A DNA stretch of 64,000 nucleotides from Mobula hypostoma (lineage: Eukaryota). Numbering within the stretch: the stretch's first letter is position 1; every line of letters starts with the position of its first letter. The position numbers were made by a program, and so were the translations under genes. This document shows, in pieces, positions 39,620 through 52,091 of the stretch. The DNA lies in NCBI RefSeq assembly GCF_963921235.1, contig NC_086098.1:8804001-8868000 (forward strand), written 5' to 3'. Under the pieces are notes generated by a model that worked only from the letters and a program-made list of their open reading frames with translations, made no database searches and had not been told where the DNA came from.

Positions 39620-39897
39620 CAATGCTCCCACTGACTCTGCCTCATACCACTCAGAATGGAGAAAGACTACATGGTGGCATTGATAACCTCTACTAACTGC
39701 ATCAGAAGCTCACTCAAGTCCTGCATGAACAGCAGAAAGAGCATACCACTTCAGAATCTATCCACCGTCTCCCCCAGCTCCCACCTTCTGTCCCTCTGCG
39801 GTTCTTACATTGCCTCAAGATTAACCACAGAATCCACAAACCCAGAGAGTAAGCCACTGACCCATGATCCCAAAGGTCTGCCTAAGAAGGTGATGAT
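39620..39897 (+). mobile_element. RTE-clade LINE 3' end, degenerate
   Basis: Zinc-finger-like remnant (tctgcggttcttacattgcctc) and tail gatcccaaaggtctgcctaagaag. Confidence 0.5.
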
Positions 39898-39907
39898 AGT
39901 ACAGATA

Positions 39908-41333
39908 CAGTGGATTCTGGTTAATTGAGCCATTAGTTAATCAAGGAAGCTGTCTATTTGGGATGCTCTTAAAGAACAAAAACAAATTGAGAAAATAGCC
40001 GGGATTCACTTTATATGTTTTGGACACTATGTCACTAATTGGGCAGGAGACTGTTGCTAAGCAGTTTCTAACTAGTGTCAGTTGCGTGCCCGTGCATGGC
40101 CATTCAACACTGCACTGTACTTAGAGCGAACAGTTTTTAAATAGCAACAGTTGCGTCTGTTTGTGCTAAAACAAAACTGATTTTTGTCACTGATAGTTGG
40201 CAAGAAATAAGCAATAAGACAACAGAACTGCTTTGTTCACTACAGTTTCAAGCATTCTGGCTTGCAGATGCCAGAAATGGTCGGGAGTGAAAATGAAACA
40301 ATTTCACTATTTCAACAAGTTATGAACTATGAAGATTTTGAAGGTACTGACAATCATCTTGAATGTTACAATAAAAATATACATATGGAGAATGCAATCA
40401 TCTAAAGCATTGTATGAAGGCAGTCCATTATCTGTACTAGGTGTATGCGCTGATTTTGTTCATTTACTATCAATCAAAAGAAAGCTACAGATGAATTCCT
40501 TTAGATTATGAGGACACACAGTCTCTTTTATTGTCATTTAGTAATGCATGCATTAAGAGATGATACAATATTTCCTCCGGTGTGATATCACAAAACACAG
40601 GACAGAACAAGACTGAAAAAACTAACAAAACCACATAATTATAACATATAGTTACAACAGTGCAACAATACCATAACTTGATGAAGAAGTCCATGAGCAA
40701 AGTCTCTCAAATGTCCCACATCTCACGCAGACAGGAGAAGGAAGAAAAACTCTCCCTGCCATGCCCAACCACAGTCCGACTCTGAGTCGTCCGAAAACTT
40801 CGAGCCTCTGATCAGCTCTCCAACAACGAGTACTGAGCGCCATCTCTGTCCGAACGATTCAACCTCAGTCTCGGTCGCCAACAGCAGGCAAAGCCAGGGA
40901 TTTTGAGGCCTTCCCTCCGGAAGATTCTCGATCGTGCAGTAACACCAGCAGTGAACCTGCGTTTCAGAAATTTCTTCAGATGTTCCTCTGTGCTTTCACG
41001 TCTGTCTCCATCAAATCAGAATTGTCCACGGCCCCTATTTAACGGATACGATATCATTTTCACTGGAGGGCTGCGCACGCATGGTGTGCTGATTCTGTCC
41101 CCTCCCACCTCCCTTTATTGGTATCTATTGGAACTAATACACAGTTTTATAGTACTGTAGAGATATTGGTAGTGTTCTTATTTGTCCTGTATTTCATTCA
41201 AATGCATAAATGGTAGTTTCTCTTTTTTATGCCTTTTTAACTATTTCTGTGAAACTTTAGCTAACTTGGGCAGCTGCTTAATTGGACCAAAATGTACTGG
41301 TCTTGATGATTGCCAATTAACCAGGATCCACTA
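39908..41333. mobile_element. Tigger/pogo-like non-autonomous DNA transposon with internal insertion
   Basis: TIRs cagtggattctggttaattg / caattaaccaggatccacta; TA on both sides (39906-7, 41334-5). Confidence 0.75.
40504..41111 (-). mobile_element. ~600-bp non-coding retro-repeat (same family as 42387-43018)
   Basis: Shared blocks ctgatttgatggagacagacgtg...gaggaacatctg and 3' gtgtcctcataatctaa; candidate TSD ccttta (40498 / 41112). Confidence 0.7.
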
Positions 41334-42186
41334 TACATGGGTTTATGAGAAAGTTAACCTAGTTTTAAATATCTAAAACAGTTCTGGCTGGTTGCATCAC
41401 AGCCTGGTATGGAGACTCGAATGCACAAGATCACAAGATGCTGCAGAGGGTTGTAAACTTAGCCAGCTTCATCACAGGCTGAACCCTCCCCACCATCAAG
41501 GACAACTTCAACAGGGGGAGCCTCAAGAAGGTGACACCCATCATCAAGGAACCTCAGCATCCGGGATATTCCTTCTTCTCACTACAGAGCCTGAGGATCC
41601 ACCTCAGGGTTTCAGGAACATCCTGTTCCCATCTTCTAAACAATCCACCAACATTAATTCATTATTGTTACTTATTTTGTAGCTTATAGTAATTCTCATG
41701 TCTTGCCCTGTACTGCTGTCTGAAAACAACAATCTTCAGAATATGTCAGTGATAATAAACCTGATTCTCATTCTGTAAAGCAATACATGACTTTAAACTC
41801 AGATCTGTTTTATTTAAAATATTGAAATACTTGACATTATCTGTAGTGGTAGTTAATAGAGTTAATTTCTATGTCACTCGGTCAGCCACTCCCACATGGG
41901 AGGAGTTCACGTACTCCTGCATGCTGGACTTAATATTGGTGTTCAAGATGAGAAGAGGCATAGATTGAGTGGATAGCCAGAGACTTTTTCCCCAGGGCAG
42001 AACCAGCAAGTACAAGGGGGCATAGTTTTAAGGTTATTGGAGGAAAGTATAGGGGCGGTGTCAATTTTTTTCCTACAGCGAGTGGTGGAACAGCCTGCCA
42101 AAAGTGGTGGTAGAGGCAGGTGCTTTAGGGACATGAATGATAGAAAAATGGAGGGCTATGTGGGAAGGAAGGATTACATTGATCTT

Positions 42187-43223
42187 ACTTACTGCCCATT
42201 ATTCCGCTGGTGCTTAAAGCAGAAATGAAGGGCCTCCATTTCTGGTGGTGTTCAAGGGCTTCTTTTATCACGTCAGTAGTTTCCTCACAGTTTTCACTCC
42301 TGTCGGTCATGCAAGTCCCGGGTAGAGACTCAGGAATACCATTGCACTCAGATGTAGGAGGATTCTTCACTGCTGTTTCCAAACAGGAGGAGGAGAAGAT
42401 GGCGGCGCGACACAGCTTGCACGGCCACTCCGGTGGATGATATCTGTAATCTGTCAAGTAGGGTTCCGTGCACAATCCTGATTTGATGGAGACAGACGTG
42501 AGAGGACGGAGGAACATCTGGAGAAACTTCTGAAATGCCTGTTTCGCTGCCGCTGCTACTGTGTGATCCAGAATCTCCGGAGGGGAAGGCCCCGAGTCCT
42601 CGGCTTTGTTTGTTGCTCGGCAGAGATGGTGCTCGGTATCGAAGGGCTGGTCGGAGGCTCAAAGTTTTCGGATGGACTCAGTTACGGCTGTGGTCGGGTG
42701 CTTCCAGTGCATCGGCAGTTGTCGGCGCCTAGAGGTTTAAGGCAGAGAGAGTTTCTCCCTTCTGCCGCCTGCTATCAGGAGTCGATCAGAACTTTGAGAC
42801 TCTTTTTACCATGCCCATGGTCTGCTCTTTGTCAAATTATGGTATTGATTTGCACTGCTGTAACCATATGTTATAATTATGTGGTCTTGTCAGTGTTAGT
42901 CTTTGGTTTGTCCTGTTTTTTTTTGTGATATCACTCTGGAGGAACATTGTATCATTTCTTAATGCATACATTTCTAAATGATAATAAACGAGGACTGAGT
43001 GTCCTCATAATCTAATCTAAACAGTTGTGGTTGTTAGCCCTGAGCTGAACCTCCAAATCTAGAGGACCGATGGACCACCCTTCACCCGGCCTCTGCTCTT
43101 TGACCTGTTTGGCACAGGTGACCCTACCAAGAGCCTAAGCATAAAGCCCTGACTCCAGCCAACATCGCTCTCCGGGGTCATTGAGGCCTGCAAGCCTCCA
43201 AAAGGTTGTGGTCCTCTTCAAGG
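42187..43223 (-). mobile_element. RTE-derived bipartite element (second copy) inserted in a CR1 tail
   Basis: Degenerate TSD tacattgatctt / tagattaatctt (42175 / 43224); homologous to 7713-7885 plus 10909-11076. Confidence 0.7.
42387..43018 (+). mobile_element. ~630-bp non-coding retro-repeat starting near AAGATGGCGGCG, ending (tctaa)n
   Basis: TSD aaacag (42381-6 / 43019-24); CpG-rich 5' part; 3' hairpin gaggac-tgagt-gtcctc. Confidence 0.75.
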
Positions 43224-43873
43224 TAGATTAATCTTGGGGTAGGTTAAAAGATCGGCACAACATTGTGGGCTGAAGGGCCTGTACTGTGCTGTAATGATCT
43301 AAGAGTTGTTTATGCAGACTGATAACCTTGCTGCTCTGATTTTTGGATGGAACATACTTTCCTCCCAGACAGATGCACGCTGCAGAATACAAAGACATCG
43401 GTGAGCTAGTAATCATCAGCTAAACAGATCACTGCACACCACGGTCTGTGTGTAGAGTTTGGCTGTTGTATTTACTCCACTGTCACTGTGGTTTCGCTTC
43501 AAGTTAGATGGCTAGAAAATACATCATGAGGTTTCAAGTGAGATTCACCTCGTAGATGATTCTCAAAGGCATGCCATACTGTGCATTCTAAGTTCTAAGA
43601 ACAGCTTTTGCTCTGCCATCCAATTTCTGAACGTTCCATGAACTCAGGACCACCTCACTATTCTTCTTTTGCACTATTTTTTATTGTAGCTTATATAATT
43701 TGTTATGCCTGGACTGTACCATTGCCACAAAACAACAAGTTTCATGACAGGTATCAGTGATAATAAACCTGGTACTCATTCTGAGAAATTATTACTTTTT
43801 CTTTTCAATATCTTCACGTCACTTGGTAACAAACCTGACTCTCTTACTAGCTCTTCCTTCAGTTAGTCCTGAC

Positions 43874-44576
43874 AATAGACAATAGGTGCAGAAGTAGACC
43901 ATTCGGCCCTTCAAGCCTGCACCGCCATTCTGAGATCATGGCTGATCATCTACTATCAATACCCGGTTCCTGCCTTGTCCCCATAACCCTCGATTCCCCT
44001 ATCCATAAGATACCTATCTAGCTCCTTCTTGAAAGCATCCAGAGAATTGGCCATAAGATACCTATCTAGCTCCTTCTTGAAAGCATCCAGAGAATTGGCC
44101 TCCACTGCCTTCTGAGGCAGCGTATTCCACACCTCCACAACTCTCTGGGAGAAGTTCCTCCTCAATTCTGTCCTAAATGACCTACCCCTTATTCTTAAAC
44201 CATGCCCTCTGGTACTGGACTCTCCCAGCATCTGGAACATATTTCCTGCCTCTATCTTGTCCAATCCCTTAATAATCTTATATGTCTCAATCAGATCCCC
44301 CCTCAATCTCCTTAATTCCAGCGTGAACAAGCCCAGTCTCTCTAACCTCTCTGCGTAAGACAGTCTGGACATCCCAGGAATTAACCTAGTGAACCTACGC
44401 TGCACCTCCTCCACAGCCAGGATGTCCTTCCTTAACCCTGGAGACCAAAACTGCACACAATACTCCAGCTGTGGTCTCACCAGGGCCCTGTACAAATGCA
44501 AAACGATTTCCTTGCTCTTGTACTCCATTCGCTTTGTAATAAAGGCCAACATTCCATTAGCCTTCTTCACTGCCTG
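43874..44576 (-). mobile_element. CR1 3' fragment with internal 48-bp tandem duplication
   Basis: ORF 43956-44606 with ANSLDAFKKELDRYLM twice (44003-44050, 44051-44098); TSD ctgac. Confidence 0.92.
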
Positions 44577-44690
44577 CTGACGAAGGGTCTTGGCCTGAAA
44601 CGTCAACTGTACCTCTTCCTAGAGATGCTGCCTGGCCTGCTGCATGTGTGTTGCTTGAATTTCCAGCATCTGCAGAATTCCAGGTGTTTG
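44577..44690 (+). mobile_element. Penelope-derived hammerhead repeat (5' part at about 43845-43873)
   Basis: CTGACGAagggtcttggcctGAAAcgTCaactg plus family tail. Confidence 0.75.
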
Positions 44691-45314
44691 AGTGATTTAT
44701 ACGTTGCAGCTTAACCTTAGGTTAAAGTGTTTTAAGAGACTAGCTTTATTTGTTACAAGTACTTCAAAACATCGAAACCTATGCGTCATTAGCATCAACG
44801 ACCATCATGGTCCAAGGATGTGCTGGGTTCAGCCCACAAGTGTCGCCACACTTCTGGCACCAACATAGTATGCCCACTACTTACTAACTCTAACTTGTGC
44901 ATCTTTGGAATGTGTGAAGAAACTGGAGCCTCGAGGAAACCCACACAGTCATGAGGAAATCGGACAAACACTTACCAACTGGCGAAGGAAATAAACTCTG
45001 GCTGCTGGCCGTTATGTGAACCATTTTGCTACTGGAATGTTTGGGAATGATTGACGTGGCTGCAGATGAACTATCATACTCAGTGTTGCTTGTCCATCCA
45101 TTTCTGTAAGGCTATCCTTTAAACGGCTGCAAATATTTTGAATCTGAAACAAAGAGCTTTTGCTTGAATCCATGTTCCATGCAAAATAAATGACAAATGT
45201 AAGAGATTCACTGGAGATCCAGAGTGCTGGTTGTTTGTGTGCTGGGGGCAGTCTGCAAGTATCACCACACATTCCTACACCAATATAACGTGCCCACCGT
45301 GCTCGGCAGAATGA

Positions 45315-45500
45315 CACTCACAAATGCTAGAGGAACTTGGTAGGTCAGGCCATATCTCTGGAAAGCAATGAAGCATCGACGTTTCAGGCCAAGGCCCTTC
45401 ACCAGTACCGGAAAGGAATGGGGGAAGACGTCAGATGGGACGGAGTACAAGGTCATAGGTGAAACCAGGTGAGGGAGAGGCAGGAAGGTGGAAGAGCAGA
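45315..45500 (-). mobile_element. Penelope-derived hammerhead repeat
   Basis: Minus strand cggtaCTGGTGAagggccttggcctGAAAcgTCgatgc (45373-45410). Confidence 0.65.
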
Positions 45501-45580
45501 TGATTGTTGCCATTTGTGAGTTGTACTAAGAAAAAATAAACTTTACAACTGGTGAAAAATCGTTAGGGCTACATCTTGGA

Positions 45581-45764
45581 AAAGTGCTTAACCTGGGCAG
45601 GCGGGTGGGTGAAACAAGGTGGCTGACCTGGGCAGGTGGCTGGACAGGAAACAAGATGCCTGACCTGGGCAGGTGGCTGGACAGGAAACAAGGGTGTTCG
45701 ACCTGGACAGATGGTTGGATGGAAACAAGTTATTTGACTTGGGCCGTAGGTAGATGGAAACAAG
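45581..45764. repeat. 36-37 bp minisatellite, left arm (about 5 units)
   Basis: Unit aaacaaggtgcttgacctgggcaggtgggtggatg(a)g, diverged copies. Confidence 0.85.
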
Positions 45765-48700
45765 AACGTAAGACATAGGAGCAGAGTTAGGCCATTCAGC
45801 CCATCGAGTCTGCTCCACCATTCCATCATGGCTGATCCTGGATCAAACTTAGCCCCGTACACTTTTCCTACCATCTCCTATGATGCCCTGGTCAATCAGG
45901 AAACAATCAACTTCCACCTTAAATATACCCACGGACTTGGCCTCCACTGCAGTCGGTGACAGAGCATACCACAGATTTACTGCTCTCTGGCTAAAAGAAA
46001 ATGCTCCTTACCTCTGATTTTAAAGCTTGCTCCTTAATTTTGAGGCTATGCGCTCTAGTTCTGTGTACCCCCACCATGGAAACATTCTCTCCACATCCAC
46101 CCTATCTAGTCCTATCAACGTTCAGTAGATTTCAATGAGATCCCCTGACATTCATCTAAATTACAGTGAGCACAGGCCCAAAGCTGCCAAACACTCCTCA
46201 TATAGTACTGTAACCCCTTCATTCCCAGAATCATCCTTGTGAACCTCCTCTGGACCCTCCAGTGACAACACATCACTTCTAAGATATGGGGCTCAAAGCT
46301 GTTGACAATACGGTCTGACTAGTGTCTTATAAATCACCAACATTATCTCCTTGCTTTTATATTCTGTTCCACTTGAAATAAATGCCAACATTGCATTTGC
46401 CTTTTTTACTACAAACTAAACCTGTAAAGTAACCTTGTGGGAGTCTTGCACGGGGACTCCTGAGTTCCTCTGCACTTCCAAGGTTTGAACCTTCTCCCCT
46501 TTTAGATAATAGTCCACACTATTGTTCCTTTCACCAAAACGCATTATCATACATTTCCCAACACTATATTCCATCTGCCACTTTTTTGCTCATTCTTCCA
46601 ATTTGTCTAAGTCCTGCTGCAATCGTATTGCTTCCTCAGCACTACCTACCCCTCCATCTATCTTCGTATCATTTGCAGACTTTGCCACAAAGTCATCAAT
46701 TTCATTATCTTCGTCATTGACAAGCAATGTGAAAAGTAGTAATTCCAATACTGACCCCTGAGGAAAGCCACTGGTTACCAGCAGCCAAACAGAAAAGGTC
46801 TCATTTATTCCGACTCGCTGCCTCCTGCCTGTCAGCCATTCCTCTATCCATGCCAGTATCTTTCCTGTAACACCTTAGGATTTTATCTTGTTAAGCAGCC
46901 TCTTGTGTGGCATCTTATCAAACACCTTATGAAAACCTAAGTAAATGACATCCACTGCCTCTCCTTTGTCCAGCCTGCTTGTTACTTCATTGAAGAACTC
47001 TAACAGATTTGTCAGGCAAGATTTCCCTTGACAGAAACCATGCTGACTTTGACTTATTTTATCATTGGTCTCTAAGTACTCTGAAACCACTTCCTTAATA
47101 TACTCCAACGCTTTCCCTAACACCGAGGTTAGGTTAACTGGCCTATAATTCCCTTTCTTTTGGCCTCCTCCCTTCTTAAAGAGTGGAGTGACATTCTTCC
47201 ATTCCTCCAGGACCAGGCCAGAACCAAGTGATTCTTGAAAGATCATGACCAATGCATCCATTATCTCTTCAGCAACCTCTCTCAGGACTCTGGGATGTAG
47301 TCCATCTGATCCAGGTGACTTATTCACCTTCAGATCTTTCAGTTTGCCTAACACTTTTTCCCTTGTAATAGCAATGGCAATCACTCCTGCTCCCTGACTC
47401 TCATGGACCTCTGGCACACTGCCAGCATCTTCCACAGAAGACAAATGCAAAGTACCCATTAAGTACTTAGCTGCCATTTCTTTGTCCCCCATTACTACCT
47501 CACCAGCATCATTTTCCGATGGTCCAATATTAAATCTCACCTCAGTTTTACTTCTTATGTAACTGAAAAAACTTTTGGTATCCTGTTTTATATTATTGGC
47601 TAGATTGCCCTCCTATTTCATCTTTTCCCTTCTTGAAGCTTTTTTAATTATCTGTTGTTGGATTTTTAAAGTTTACTAATCATCCAACTTCCCACTCACT
47701 TGCTGCTTTATATGCCTTTTCCTGGCTTTCATGCAGTCCTTAACTTCCCTTGTCAGCCACAGTTGTCTACATCTGCCATTTGAGAACAACTTCTTCTGTG
47801 GGACATATCTATTCTGTGGCTTGTGAACTATTTCCGGTAACTTCAGCCATCTCTGCTCTGTCACCATCCCTGCCAGTTCCTCCTCCAATCCACCTGGGCA
47901 AGCTCCTCTCTCGTGTCTCTGTAATTCCCTTTATTCCATTATGATTCTGATACATGTGACTTATGCTTCTCCCTCTCAAATTGCAGAATGAGTTCCATGA
48001 GGCCATAAGACATAGGAGTAGAATTAGGCCATTTGGCCCGTTGAGTCTGCTCTACCATTCAATCATGGCTGATCCTATTTCCCCTCCCCAGCCTTCTCCG
48101 CATAACCTTTGATGCCATGTCCAATCAAGAACCTATCAAACCCTGCCTTAAATATCCCCAACGACCTGGCCTCCACAGCTGCCTGTGGCAAAGAATTCCA
48201 CAAATACGAATGCCTAGGGTGCAATTCATCTGGTCCAAGTGACTTATGTAACCTTAGGTCTTTCAGCTTTTGGAACACCTTCTCACTTGTCATGTTAACT
48301 GTACTCACTTCTCTTACCTTGCACGCTTCAACATCTGGTATAATGCTCGTGTCTTCTACAGTGAAGGTAGATGCAAACTATTTATTTAGTTGCAGTGTTA
48401 GCAGTGAGGAGGATGCTAAGAGGATGCAGGGTGACTTGGATAGGTTGGGTGAGTGGGCAAACTCATGGCAGATGCAATTTAATGTGGATAAATGTGAAGT
48501 TATCCACTTTGGTGGCAAAAATAGGAAAACAGATTATTATCTGAATGGTGGCCGATTAGGAAAAGGGGAGGTGCAACGAGACCTGGGTGTCATTATACAC
48601 CAGTCATTGAAAGTGGGCATGCAGGTACAGCAGGCGGTGAAAAAGGCGAACGGTATGCTGGCATTTATAGCGAGAGGATTCGAGTACAGGAGCAGGGAGG

Positions 48701-51700
48701 TACTACTGCAGTTGTACAAGGCCTTGGTGAGACCACACCTGGAGTATTGTGTGCAGTTTTGGTCCCCTAATCTGAGGAAAGACATCTTTGCCATAGAGGG
48801 AGTACAAAGAAGGTTCACCAGATTGATTCCTGGGATGGCAGGTCTTTCATATGAAGAAAGACTGGATGAACTGGGCTTGTACTCGTTGGAATTTAGAAGA
48901 TTGAGGGGGGATCTGATTGAAACGTATAAGATCCTAAAGGGATTGGACAGGCTAGATGCAGGAAGATTGTTCCCGATGTTGGGGAGGTCTAGAACGAGGG
49001 GTCACAGTTTGAGGATAGAGGGGAAGCCTTTTAGGACCGAGGTTAGGAAAAACTTCTTCACACAGAGAGTGGTGAATCTGTGGAATTCTCTGCCACAGCA
49101 AACTGTTGAGGCCAGTTCATTAGCTATGTTTAAAAGGAAGTTAGATATGGCCCTTGTGGCTACAGGGGTCAGGGGGTATGGAGGGAAGGCTGGGTTCTGA
49201 GTTGGATGATCAGCCATGATCATAATAAATGGCGGTGCAGGCTCGAAGGGCCGAATGGCCTACTCCTGCACCTATTTTCTATGTTTCTATCTGCCATCTC
49301 CTTGTCCCGTCTCATTTCATATTATTTCTCCAGTCTTATTTTCTAGCAGTCGTATATCCACTCACATCTCTTTTTTATTTATTACATACTTGAAAAAGCT
49401 TTTACTGTCCACTTTGATATTGTTTGCCAGCTTGCTTTCATATTTCATTTCTTCCCTCCTAGTGATTCTTTTAGTTGCTCTCTGTAGGGTTTTAAAAGCT
49501 TCCCAATCCTCTGTCTTCCCACTAGTTTTTGATTTGTTGTCTGCCTCCTCTTTTGCTGTTGCATTAGCTTTGTCATCCCTTTTCGGACATGGTTGCACTA
49601 TTTTGCCATTTGAGTATTTCTTTGTTTTTGGAATGCATCTGTCCTGCACCTTCCTCATTTTTCCCAGAAACTCATGCTATTGCTGCTCTGCTGACATCCC
49701 TACAAGCATCTCCTTCTAATTTTCTTTGGCCAACTCCTCTTTCATACCACTGTAATTTCCTTTACTCCACTGAAATACTGCTACATCAGACTTTACTTTC
49801 TCTCTACCAATTTCCAAGTTGAACTCAGTCATATCATGATCACTGCCTCCTAAGGGTTCCTTTACATTAAGCTCTCAAGTAAGATATGGGTTATGACACA
49901 ACACCTCATCCCTGAGTAGGCTCAAGCACAAACTGGTCTAAAAAGTCATCTTATGGGCATTCAACAAATGCCCTCTCTTGTGATCTGACTCCGACCCGCT
50001 TTTTCCAACTCCTTTGGATATTGAGGTCCTCCATTACAATGATGACATTACCCTTATTACATGCCTTTTCCAGCTCCCTTTGCAATCTCAAGCTACTATT
50101 TGGAGGTCTATATATGATTCCAGAATGTATTTTTTAACCCTTGCAGTCTCTTAGCTCCAGCCACAAAGATTCAACATTCTCTGACCTTATGTCACCTCTT
50201 TCTAAAGATGTAATTCCATCTCTTCCCAACAGAGCCACACCACCACCTATGCCTTCCTGCCTGTCCTTTTGATACAACATACATCCTTTGAAGTTAAACT
50301 TCCAACTATGACCTTCTTTGAGCCACGACCCAGTGACACCCACAATGTCATACTGACCAATCTCTAAATGTGCCACAAGTTCGTCCACCTTATTCCGAAT
50401 GCTATGTGCATTTAAATACAGCACCTTCAGTCCTGCATTCTTCACCCTTTTAAATGTTGCCTCTGTGGTACAATTTAACTCTTTGCTCTGTCTGCATTTG
50501 TACCCAATCATTGGCTTGTCCTTCCTTACATTCACATTACACCCATCATCTTGTAAACCTGCTGGCTCATCCTCAGCTCTATCATACTGATTCCCATCAC
50601 CCTGCCATATTAGTTTAAACCACTCCTAACAAGTCTAGTAAATCTGCCAGCAAGAATATTGGTCCCCCTCAGATTCAAGTGCAACCTGTCCCTATTTGTA
50701 CAGGTCCCACCTGCCCCAGAAGAGGTCCCAATTATCCAGAAATCTGAATCCCTGTCCCCTGTTCCAATTGATCAGCCACACACTTACCTGCCACCTCATT
50801 CTATTCCTATCCTCACTATCGCAAGGCACCGGCAGCAATCCCGATATTACTGCCTGTTTCTCAGCCTCCTTCCTAACTCCCTGTATTCTGATTTTAGGAC
50901 CTCCTCCCTTTTTCTCCCTATGTCATTGGTACTAATATGTACCACGACCTCTGGGTGCTCACCCTCCCTTTTCAGGATATTGTGGACGCATCCAGAAACA
51001 TCGTGGACCCTGGCACCTGGGAGGCAAACTATATTTGTGTTTCCCTTTCACATCCACAGAATTGTCCATCTGTCCCCCTGACTAAAGAGTCCCCTATTAT
51101 TGCTGCCATCCTCTTCAGTTCCCTACCCTCTGAGTATAGGGCCAGACTCAGTGCCAGAGGCACAGCCACTATTGCTTCCCCAGGTAGGGCCGTCCTGTCC
51201 CCCCAGTAGTACTCAAAATTGAGCACCTATTGTTCAGGACGATGGCCACAAGGGTGCTCTCCACTATCTGATGTTCTCCCTTCCCTCTCCTGATAGTCAC
51301 CCATTTATCTGTCTCCTGTAGCCTCGGGGTGACTACCTTCCTGTAGTTCCTGTCTATCACTGCCTCACTCTCCCTAACAAGCCGAAGGTCATCGATTTGC
51401 AGCTCCAGTTCCCTAACACAGTCTGTAAGGAGCTGCATCTCGATGCACTTGGAGCAGATGTGGCCAGCGGGGAGGCTGAACGTGTCCTGGAAATCCCACA
51501 CCTGACATCCAGAACAGAACACTGGCTCTGTAGTCATACCTCCTATTCTCTCAAGATTTAAATAAGAAATAAGAAATAAATTTACCTAATTACCTTGCCT
51601 CTGCCTGTTCTTACCCAAGCCCTTGTTGAGCCAAAGTTTTACTGTTCTGCCTGAGACCACTCTGACGATGACCGCTCTGCTAGATGGTACCTCTCTTTTA

Positions 51701-51780
51701 CGGAGACTGGGTTTTTAAAGCACTTTGCTGGATCTGCGTGGGAACGCTTCCGTTGCGTCTGCACAGTACTCCAATCAACG
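45765..51780 (-). mobile_element. Decayed CR1 block reaching the 5' end (5' UTR, ORF1, ORF2), composite of at least two old elements
   Basis: ORF1 zinc finger/zipper 51169-51537 (CSGC...HICSKC) and esterase-like IIGDSLVRG; endonuclease start 50134-50535 (YLNAHSIRNKVDEL); RT 46875-47540; 3' ends at 45765 and about 48003; flanking acaag duplication. Confidence 0.85.
48392..49290 (+). mobile_element. Young CR1 3' fragment inserted antisense into the old CR1
   Basis: Translation from SVSSEEDAKR to GGKAGF is the same as the 57897-60656 C-terminus. Confidence 0.95.
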
Positions 51781-52042
51781 ACAAGGTGCTTAACCTGGGA
51801 AGGTAGGTGGACAGAAATAAGGTGCTTGACCTGGGCAGGTAGGTGGATGGAAACAAGGTGATTGACCTGCTCAGGTAAGTGGATGAGAAACAAGGTGCTT
51901 GACCTGGGCAGGCGGGTGGATGGAAACAAGGTGCTTGACCTGGGCAGGTGGGTGGATGAGAAACAAGGTGCTTGACCTGGGCAGGTGGGTGGATGAGAAA
52001 CAAGGTGCTTGACCTGGGCAGGTGGGTGGACAGGAACAAGGG
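51781..52042. repeat. 36-37 bp minisatellite, right arm (about 7 units)
   Basis: Same unit as 45581-45764; several near-identical adjacent units. Confidence 0.9.
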
Positions 52043-52091
52043 TATCAAATGGCAATTGATTATGAGAAAATAGAACATGAGAAAGAGAAAG

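Noticed and set aside
48109..49200. 363-aa novel protein
   Set aside because: Chance fusion of antisense old CR1 with a young CR1 fragment starting at 48392.
51781..52042. CRISPR-like array of ~37-bp repeats
   Set aside because: Units abut with no unique spacers, no cas genes, vertebrate context; it is a minisatellite.
51639..52078. Repetitive Pro/His-rich ORFs
   Set aside because: Translations of the minisatellite.
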